Shown piece after piece: positions 57,968 to 64,000 of a stretch of DNA of 64,000 nucleotides. Under the pieces are notes generated by a model, which worked only from the letters and a program-made list of their open reading frames with translations, was not told the DNA's origin and did not search any database. Made by a program: the position numbers and the translations under genes. The stretch covers positions 3,398-67,397 of the forward strand of contig CAYPJE010000003.1 in assembly GCA_964410945.1 (NCBI GenBank). Reading direction: 5' to 3'. Origin of the DNA: an uncultured bacterium (GTDB taxonomy: Bacteria; Fidelibacterota; Marinisomatia; Marinisomatales; TCS56). Within the stretch, counting starts at the first letter, position 1; every line of letters starts with the position of its first letter.

Positions 57968-58773
57968 TATTTATCGGCGTCAGAGTATAGCTGAGCCGCA
58001 TTCCTGGCTGAGAGTGTGATCCCTTTGATCATGGCTGATGAGAAACCTTCATGCTCCATCTGGTTCAGTCCGGCAATCGTGCAGCCCCGGGGCGTGGTGA
58101 CACGGTCAATTTCATCCTCGGGATGGTTTTCATTTTCCAGTAACAAAGAAGCCGCTCCTTTGGCTGTCTGGGCGGCAATTTTTATTGCTTCCTGTGAATG
58201 AAAACCGATTTCGATTCCCCCCTGGGAGGCGGCCCGAACCGCCCGCAGGAAAAAAGCCACTCCGCAGGCCCCCAGAGCCGTAGCGGCAATCATCCGGTTT
58301 TCATCGATTACCAGGGTCGTGCCGACTGTTTCAAATATCTCCCGGGCTACTTCCAGGGCATTATCATTGCCGGAGGTCAGACAGGTCATCGATTCCCGCA
58401 CGGCAATGGCTGTGTTGGGCATGGCCCGGACAATCGGGATTGAGCCATCGATTTTAACACGAATCTGATCGGTGCTCACGCCGGTTACAACCGAAATGAT
58501 CGTATGCCGGCCACTTTTAAGTTCAGGCCCGATTTCATCCAGTACCGGGTCAATCTGTTGTGGCTCAACAGCAACAATAATCACTGCTGCGTTTTTTACA
58601 GCTGTGAGATTATCGGCCACCATGAAGCCCTGCTCCTTCATTGGTCCCAGCAGATTCAATTTGCGTCTGGTCAAAATGATATCGGTGGCCTGATAACGAT
58701 TGGAAACCGTAAGTCCACGGGCAATGGCTGTCCCCAGATTCCCGGTTCCAATAATGGCTATTTTATTCTGCAT
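57967..58773 (-). CDS. proC: pyrroline-5-carboxylate reductase
   Basis: N-terminal IAIIGTGNLGTAIARG Rossmann motif. C-terminal TPRGCTIAGL motif. Confidence 0.85.
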   Translation of the reverse strand: MQNKIAIIGTGNLGTAIARGLTVSNRYQATDIILTRRKLNLLGPMKEQGFMVADNLTAVKNAAVIIVAVEPQQIDPVLDEIGPELKSGRHTIISVVTGVSTDQIRVKIDGSIPIVRAMPNTAIAVRESMTCLTSGNDNALEVAREIFETVGTTLVIDENRMIAATALGACGVAFFLRAVRAASQGGIEIGFHSQEAIKIAAQTAKGAASLLLENENHPEDEIDRVTTPRGCTIAGLNQMEHEGFSSAMIKGITLSARNAAQLYSDADK

Positions 58774-58966
58774 GTTGATTTTCCTTAATAATGCCCCCTA
58801 ATCCTCCCACAAGGGGGATCGATTTTAACGGTAGTGGTTATTACGGTCAAGGATTCACTATTCAAGTATTGAAACAAATAATAATCCGATTGCGTTGACC
58901 AGATAGCTCCGATAAATTGGCTTTAATAAATTCACCCTTCACCAATTAGAGAATTCATTCACAATT

Positions 58967-60247
58967 ATGATTATCGAACTATTGCAGATTTTTATATCAG
59001 AAACCTGGCTGGTGTTAACACAGATGGGGCCCTATCTCCTGTTTGGATTCCTGGTAGCAGGCATCCTGTCGGTTTATATCGATTCAGAATGGGTTGAACG
59101 ACACCTGGGCGGCAAGGGAATCATGCCGGCCATCAAAGCAGCCCTCTTCGGAGTTCCTCTGCCCCTCTGCTCCTGTGGTGTAATTCCGGTCTCGACCGGC
59201 ATTTACCGCCATGGTGCCAGCCGTTCCGCCACTACTTCATTCCTGTTGTCAACACCACAAACCGGGGTCGACTCCATCCTGGTTACCTATGCCCTTTTGG
59301 GGCCGGTCTATGCCGTGTTCCGTCCGGTAGTGGCATTAATTACGGGAATTGTCGGCGGCGGTCTGGTTCAATTGGCGGATAAGGATAATCCATCCAATCC
59401 GGATGTTGAAGTTCAGGAAACGGATGATGATTGCGACTGTGACAGCTGCGCCGATGCCGATAATCCCAGCAAGATTTCCCGGATCATGAAATACGGATTC
59501 ATTAACCTGCCTAAGGATATTGGTTCGGCCCTGTTCATCGGAATAATGATCGCCGGTGCCATGGCGGCCCTGGTGCCACCTGATTACCTGGGTGGACTCA
59601 TTGGCGGTGGAATTATTTCCATCCTGATTCTGATGGCGGCCGGTGTCCCGGTCTATGTCTGTGCCACCGCCTCGGTACCAATTGCCGCCGGCTTCATTCA
59701 CATGGGTGCTTCACCCGGTGCTGCCCTGGCCTTTCTGATCGCCGGTCCCGCCACTAATGCTGCAACATTCACAACAATACTGAAGGTACTGGGGAAAAAA
59801 ACCGCTACGATCTACCTGACCACCGTAGCCGTGACTGCTGTTATTAGTGGCCTTATCCTGAACTGGCTTGTCCCGGTCATGGAGAATATTGTACCACAGA
59901 TAAGTGGGCATGTCCATGATTCGGAAAGCATTACCTGGTGGTCACATTTGTCAGCCGTCGTTCTACTTGCAGTAGTAGCTTACTCCTATTATTACAAACC
60001 TAAACCGGTCATAACTCCGATCAACGTACTTAGTACAGAGATTGAACAGCTAGAATTCAGTGTTACCGGAATGACCTGCAGTCACTGTGCTGCAAATGTC
60101 CACCAAGCAGTAGCTGAATCGTCCGGGGTTGAATCGGTCACCGTTGATCTGGACAGTGGTCGTGTGAAGGTGTCGGGTACAGCGGTTGATGAAGAAGAAG
60201 TAATATCAGCAATCCATTCCCGGGGTTACTCAGCCACCTTACTTTAG
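58967..60247 (+). CDS. permease with C-terminal heavy-metal-associated domain (SO_0444-type Cu/Zn efflux-like)
   Basis: Polytopic. LCSCGVIPV motif. Acidic Cys-rich loop DDDCDCDSC. C-terminal HMA domain GMTCSHCAANV. Confidence 0.75.
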   Translation: MIIELLQIFISETWLVLTQMGPYLLFGFLVAGILSVYIDSEWVERHLGGKGIMPAIKAALFGVPLPLCSCGVIPVSTGIYRHGASRSATTSFLLSTPQTGVDSILVTYALLGPVYAVFRPVVALITGIVGGGLVQLADKDNPSNPDVEVQETDDDCDCDSCADADNPSKISRIMKYGFINLPKDIGSALFIGIMIAGAMAALVPPDYLGGLIGGGIISILILMAAGVPVYVCATASVPIAAGFIHMGASPGAALAFLIAGPATNAATFTTILKVLGKKTATIYLTTVAVTAVISGLILNWLVPVMENIVPQISGHVHDSESITWWSHLSAVVLLAVVAYSYYYKPKPVITPINVLSTEIEQLEFSVTGMTCSHCAANVHQAVAESSGVESVTVDLDSGRVKVSGTAVDEEEVISAIHSRGYSATLL

Positions 60248-60323
60248 CATTAAAAGGGCCCTTGCCCTTCCGCCCATCGCTCTGTAATATTGTTTTCAGA
60301 CTTGGGCTTTGAGAGGAGGGCTA

Positions 60324-61100
60324 ATGCAGATTCCATATTTCCAGATTGATGCCTTTACGTCACAGGTATTCAAGGGTAATCCAGCGGGCGTCTGTCCGCT
60401 TGAAAAGTGGCTTCCTGATGATATACTCTTAGCAATAGCCGCCGAGAACAACCTGTCGGAAACCGCCTTTTTCATTCCCACCGATGAAGGCTACCAACTG
60501 CGCTGGTTTACACCCCTGGTTGAAGTTGACCTTTGCGGTCATGCTACTCTGGCAACTTCATTTGTTCTATTTAACGAGCCGGGGTATAACAACGACACCA
60601 TTAGATTTACATCCATAAGCGGTAAGCTCACCGTACGCCGGCATGAACAGCTGATCTCTATGGATTTTCCAGCCCGGCCGCCAGGGCCATGCACACCACC
60701 AGCCGATCTGCTGATTGGATTAGGTTCACCCCCGGTTGAGACACTAATGGCAGAGGATTATCTGGTAATCTTCAATACGGCAGATCAGATTCTCAACCTG
60801 CAACCACAAATGGAATATCTGTCTCGTTTCCCACGGGGTGTTATTGCATCAGCACCCGGGAAAGATTGTGATTTTGTATCACGATTCTTCGCACCGTCCC
60901 TGGGTGTACCGGAAGATCCCGTTACCGGATCAGCCCATTGTGTGCTGGTGCCCTATTGGTCACAGCGCCTGGGTAAATCAGAATTAAAAGCTCATCAGAT
61001 TTCAGCCCGGGGTGGTGAATTATTCTGTACTGCTGCCGGGGAGCGAACAATCATTGCTGGCCAGGCTGTAAAATACCTGGCTGGTACGATCACAATATAA
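60324..61100 (+). CDS. PhzF-family isomerase
   Basis: MQIPYFQIDAFTSQVFKGNPAGV N-terminus typical of PhzF. ATG at 60324 preceded by GGAGGG. Confidence 0.8.
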   Translation: MQIPYFQIDAFTSQVFKGNPAGVCPLEKWLPDDILLAIAAENNLSETAFFIPTDEGYQLRWFTPLVEVDLCGHATLATSFVLFNEPGYNNDTIRFTSISGKLTVRRHEQLISMDFPARPPGPCTPPADLLIGLGSPPVETLMAEDYLVIFNTADQILNLQPQMEYLSRFPRGVIASAPGKDCDFVSRFFAPSLGVPEDPVTGSAHCVLVPYWSQRLGKSELKAHQISARGGELFCTAAGERTIIAGQAVKYLAGTITI

Positions 61101-61114
61101 CCAGGGAGGAACCA

Positions 61115-61711
61115 ATGCAGGTAATACCTGATCGTAAATTATTGACTAAGCAATGGCTGATATTGCTGACTGTATCGGCTTTTGAATTAATTACCGCGGG
61201 AATCATCCACCTGGCAATATTATTAATTACCGGAATAGTAACCAAGCAAACGGCGGTGATCCTTTGGCTGATCACCTGTGGAGTAGTCCTGCTCCAGGGG
61301 ATAATTGCTGTTCCACTGATTTACCTGTGGATAAAAAATCTCTCCTACCGGATCGAGGATGAACGAGTGACAATTTTCAAAGGTATCCTCACCAAGGTGC
61401 AGCAGAATATTCCCTACCGGGCTGTGACCGATTTCATGCTGCAGCGGACCATTTATGATCGGTTACTCGGTATTGGATCGATCTGTATCCAGACTGCCGG
61501 GCAGTCACTAAGCGCTACTGGTTATGAAGGACAATTGAGCGGACTGGTCAACTTCGATAATCTACATCGAAACCTTCGGTCCAAGCTGAAAACCCTACAC
61601 CCCCAATCGGAATCAGCCGCAGTCGCCGAACCTGATGCTTCCGATGCCGATACGGTGAATGCGATTTTGCAGGAAATTAAGGCGATCCGTTCCCTGCTGG
61701 AAAAAAAATAA
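61115..61711 (+). CDS. membrane protein with bacterial PH (bPH_2/YdbS-like) domain
   Basis: Two N-terminal helices, then YRIEDERVTIFKGILTKVQQNIPYRAVTDF...LGIGSICIQTAG. Confidence 0.65.
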   Translation: MQVIPDRKLLTKQWLILLTVSAFELITAGIIHLAILLITGIVTKQTAVILWLITCGVVLLQGIIAVPLIYLWIKNLSYRIEDERVTIFKGILTKVQQNIPYRAVTDFMLQRTIYDRLLGIGSICIQTAGQSLSATGYEGQLSGLVNFDNLHRNLRSKLKTLHPQSESAAVAEPDASDADTVNAILQEIKAIRSLLEKK

Positions 61712-61761
61712 GGACCGGATGTCTAATCACGATTATAATCACATTAGGATGCAGTCCGGCA

Positions 61762-62169
61762 ATGGAGATTGATCGGGCCATAAATGAACTTCTAGCTGTT
61801 GACCGGGAATTTTCAAAAATATCAGAGACCAAAGGAGTACCGACAGCCTTTAACCGCTTCATGACCGACGATGCGATCATCTACCGTGACCGGCAGGAAC
61901 CTGTCGTTGGACGGGCCGCGATTCAGGACCTGTTCTCTGATTTTCCCGATGCCAGACTGACCTGGGAACCATTCAAGGCTGAGATCGGCAGTGGAGGAGA
62001 CTTGGGTTACACCCTTGGTAAATGGGAGTTAATTTCCACCAGCGAAGATGATCATAAACAGGTTGGATATGGTTTTTATGTAACAATCTGGAAACGACAA
62101 TCTGATGGCAATTGGAAATATGTTTTTGATACCGGAATCAACGCCCCGCCGGATTATAAACCCCATTAA
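61762..62169 (+). CDS. SnoaL/DUF4440-like (NTF2-fold) protein
   Basis: 135 aa. C-terminal GFYVTIWKRQSDGNWKYVFDTG, typical of the NTF2-like family. Confidence 0.55.
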   Translation: MEIDRAINELLAVDREFSKISETKGVPTAFNRFMTDDAIIYRDRQEPVVGRAAIQDLFSDFPDARLTWEPFKAEIGSGGDLGYTLGKWELISTSEDDHKQVGYGFYVTIWKRQSDGNWKYVFDTGINAPPDYKPH

Positions 62170-62385
62170 TATCAATATAAAATACCATTTGCTGTTACTG
62201 CAGATTTTATTTGACTCGTATTCAATTTAGTCGTAATAACCGGCGTTAAAATTAGGCTTTGTTTAAGTACTTACTGCCCTGCAGCATCCGTGTTTATGCA
62301 TCTCGCTAACCCGTATGGCCTATAAAATGAAAATGAAAACCGTTCCGGTAAATGGAATGGGTTAATTCAGGAGTTTAATTAGTCA

Positions 62386-62652
62386 ATGAAGAAACTATAT
62401 GTCGGTAATCTGCCTTTCACATCCACCGAGGATGATATCAAGGAATTATTCGCTGAACATGGTGATGTCAGTTCCGTTAAGCTGATCACCGACCGCGACA
62501 CGGGTCGCTCCCGTGGGTACGCCTTCATCGAGTTAGATGATGATGCGGCCGATAAAGCAATCGATGCCTTAAATGGTGCCGATGTTGGTGGACGGAATAT
62601 TAAAGTTAATACCGCCCGCGAACGTCAAGACCGTGGTGGATTTCGTCGCTAG
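62386..62652 (+). CDS. RRM-type RNA-binding protein
   Basis: RNP-2 LYVGNL and RNP-1 RGYAFIEL. Gly/Arg-rich tail. Confidence 0.85.
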   Translation: MKKLYVGNLPFTSTEDDIKELFAEHGDVSSVKLITDRDTGRSRGYAFIELDDDAADKAIDALNGADVGGRNIKVNTARERQDRGGFRR

Positions 62653-62675
62653 ATTAGCCGAGATACCTATTAAGA

Positions 62676-62702
62676 AGGGACAATTTATTGTCCCTTTTTT
62701 TT
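62676..62702 (+). terminator. rho-independent terminator after the RRM gene
   Basis: AGGGACAA-ttta-TTGTCCCT followed by a T8 run. Confidence 0.75.
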
Positions 62703-62776
62703 ATTCCGGATCTTTGGCCTCAATGCACTAGTCCGTAAGTTTATTTATTAAAATAAATCAAATAAATGGAAGTAAA

Positions 62777-63160
62777 ATGAAATTCTGTACTACGATTAAT
62801 TGCATGGACGGGCGTGTTCAGGAACCAGTGATAAATTTCCTTAAGACCAGATTTGAAGCCACCTATGTTGACTCAATCACCGAACCTGGCCCAATTGCCA
62901 TTCTGGCCGCCGGTAGTGATAAGCCAATATTGGATAATCTCATCAAGCGTATTGATATATCGGTTAATAAGCACGGTTCACAGGGAATTGCCGTTGCCGG
63001 TCATTATGATTGTGCCGGGAATCCGGTCCCAAAAAACGAGCAGCTGAAACAACTGAAAACATCCTGTGAATTTCTGATAGTAAAATATCCGGCTGTTGAA
63101 ATCATAGGACTGTGGGTGGATGACAACTGGGCTGTTACCGAAATAAATTTTAATGACTGA
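62777..63160 (+). CDS. small conserved hypothetical protein with a beta-carbonic-anhydrase-like CxDxR...HxxC signature
   Basis: 127 aa. CMDGR at residues 9-13 and HYDC at about residue 86. Confidence 0.4.
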   Translation: MKFCTTINCMDGRVQEPVINFLKTRFEATYVDSITEPGPIAILAAGSDKPILDNLIKRIDISVNKHGSQGIAVAGHYDCAGNPVPKNEQLKQLKTSCEFLIVKYPAVEIIGLWVDDNWAVTEINFND

Positions 63161-63722
63161 CACGCGGATTCTTCCGGAAAAATTCCCGGTACTGGAAACA
63201 GATCGGCTGATCCTTAAAGCGCTGGAATTCGAGGATGCCGGTCAGATTCAGGTTCTGGCGGGCGACCGCAACATCGCCGCGACAACATTATTGATACCCC
63301 ACCCCTATGAGGATGGTTTGGGCGAGGAATGGATTGCAAAATGTCGAGATCAGTTTGAATCCGATAAAGCCATCACCTGGGGTATTTTCCAGAATGACGA
63401 AAAAACCCTGATTGGCGCCAACGGATTAGCATTTTTTCATCAGCATGAGCGAGCCGAAATGGGCTACTGGATCGGCAAACCATACTGGAGACAAGGCTAC
63501 TGCACCGAAGCAGCCCAGGCTGTACTTGACTTTGCCTTTCAAACAATCAATCTGCATCGCATAACCGCATCTCATTTTGGATCAAATCCGGCTTCCGGCA
63601 GCGTTATGCAGAAACTGGGTATGAATTATGAAGGCCTGATGCACGACCATGTGAAAAAATGGGATCGTTTTGAGGATTTTGTAGTATACGGAGTCTTAAA
63701 CCCCAAACATCAGGACAAATGA
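63153..63722 (+). CDS. GNAT-family N-acetyltransferase (RimJ/RimL-like)
   Basis: MGYWIGKPYWRQGYCTEAAQAVLDFAF acetyl-CoA-binding region. 8-nt overlap with the previous gene. Confidence 0.85.
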   Translation: MTDTRILPEKFPVLETDRLILKALEFEDAGQIQVLAGDRNIAATTLLIPHPYEDGLGEEWIAKCRDQFESDKAITWGIFQNDEKTLIGANGLAFFHQHERAEMGYWIGKPYWRQGYCTEAAQAVLDFAFQTINLHRITASHFGSNPASGSVMQKLGMNYEGLMHDHVKKWDRFEDFVVYGVLNPKHQDK

Positions 63723-63726
63723 TACC

Positions 63727-64000
63727 TTGCAGAAATCAGTAAGTGTAATATCAATCTTCTGCCTGTTAATTCTGTCTGCCTGTCAAAGATCGGAACATGA
63801 AATGTCAACAGATAATAAAAATTTGAAACCAGCACAGGAGAAGCTGGCCCGTCAGTATTTCAATCAAACCTGGAATCTCCTGGAAAAACCTGACCGCAGC
63901 CCCGAGGAAGAGATTGCCATGATTCATGCTGCACACACCTCATGCTATTTATGGATGCAGGTTGGTACAGCGGTGAATCACCAGCGTGGTGAATGGCAGG
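63727..64000 (+). CDS. putative lipoprotein, 3'-truncated by the window edge
   Basis: Not in the ORF track (no stop within the window). A frame opens at TTG 63727, with the lipobox-like ILSAC, and continues ...QYFNQTWNLLEKPDRSPEEEIAMIHAAHTSCYLWMQ to nt 64000. Confidence 0.4.
   Translation, partial: MQKSVSVISIFCLLILSACQRSEHEMSTDNKNLKPAQEKLARQYFNQTWNLLEKPDRSPEEEIAMIHAAHTSCYLWMQVGTAVNHQRGEWQ

Overview
This 64-kb window comes from an anaerobe-type bacterium. I cannot assign a taxon from the sequence alone. It is mostly core energy and central metabolism. There is an rnfCDGEAB operon followed by an RseC-like gene and a glutamine-synthetase-family gene. There is also a two-subunit 2-oxoglutarate:ferredoxin oxidoreductase (korAB) next to a two-subunit class I fumarate hydratase. 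A long plus-strand operon joins a four-subunit 2-oxoacid:ferredoxin oxidoreductase to a GltD/MvhD-like flavoprotein, an HdrD-like protein and an HdrA-MvhD fusion. Housekeeping genes include tRNA-Glu, an ABC-F ATPase, rsgA, PBP1A, fabF, proC, a DapA-family enzyme and two RRM RNA-binding proteins. Two genes are split or truncated in the ORF track because they contain in-frame UGA selenocysteine codons: selD (U17 in SHGSGUACK) and hdrA (DCSIUILGPK). There are two visibly AT-rich accessory patches. The first is an AbiEi/AbiEii type IV toxin-antitoxin pair at 16.2-17.8 kb. The second is an insertion of about 8.3 kb (30.17-38.49 kb) bounded by 118-bp direct repeats that duplicate the last 26 codons and the terminator palindrome of the fumarate hydratase beta gene. 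That insertion carries the most interesting content: a tightly coupled six-gene operon encoding a PqqD-like protein, an ATP-grasp ligase, an Orn/DAP/Arg-family PLP decarboxylase, a urea-transporter-like channel fused to an M23 peptidase, a TPR/beta-barrel protein and a TPR protein. A decayed C-type-lectin-like gene sits beside it. I do not recognise this combination as a described system. Several short palindromic or intergenic repeat families also occur. No rRNA, CRISPR array, integrase or transposase was seen. All coordinates of non-ORF features were counted by hand and may be off by a few nt.
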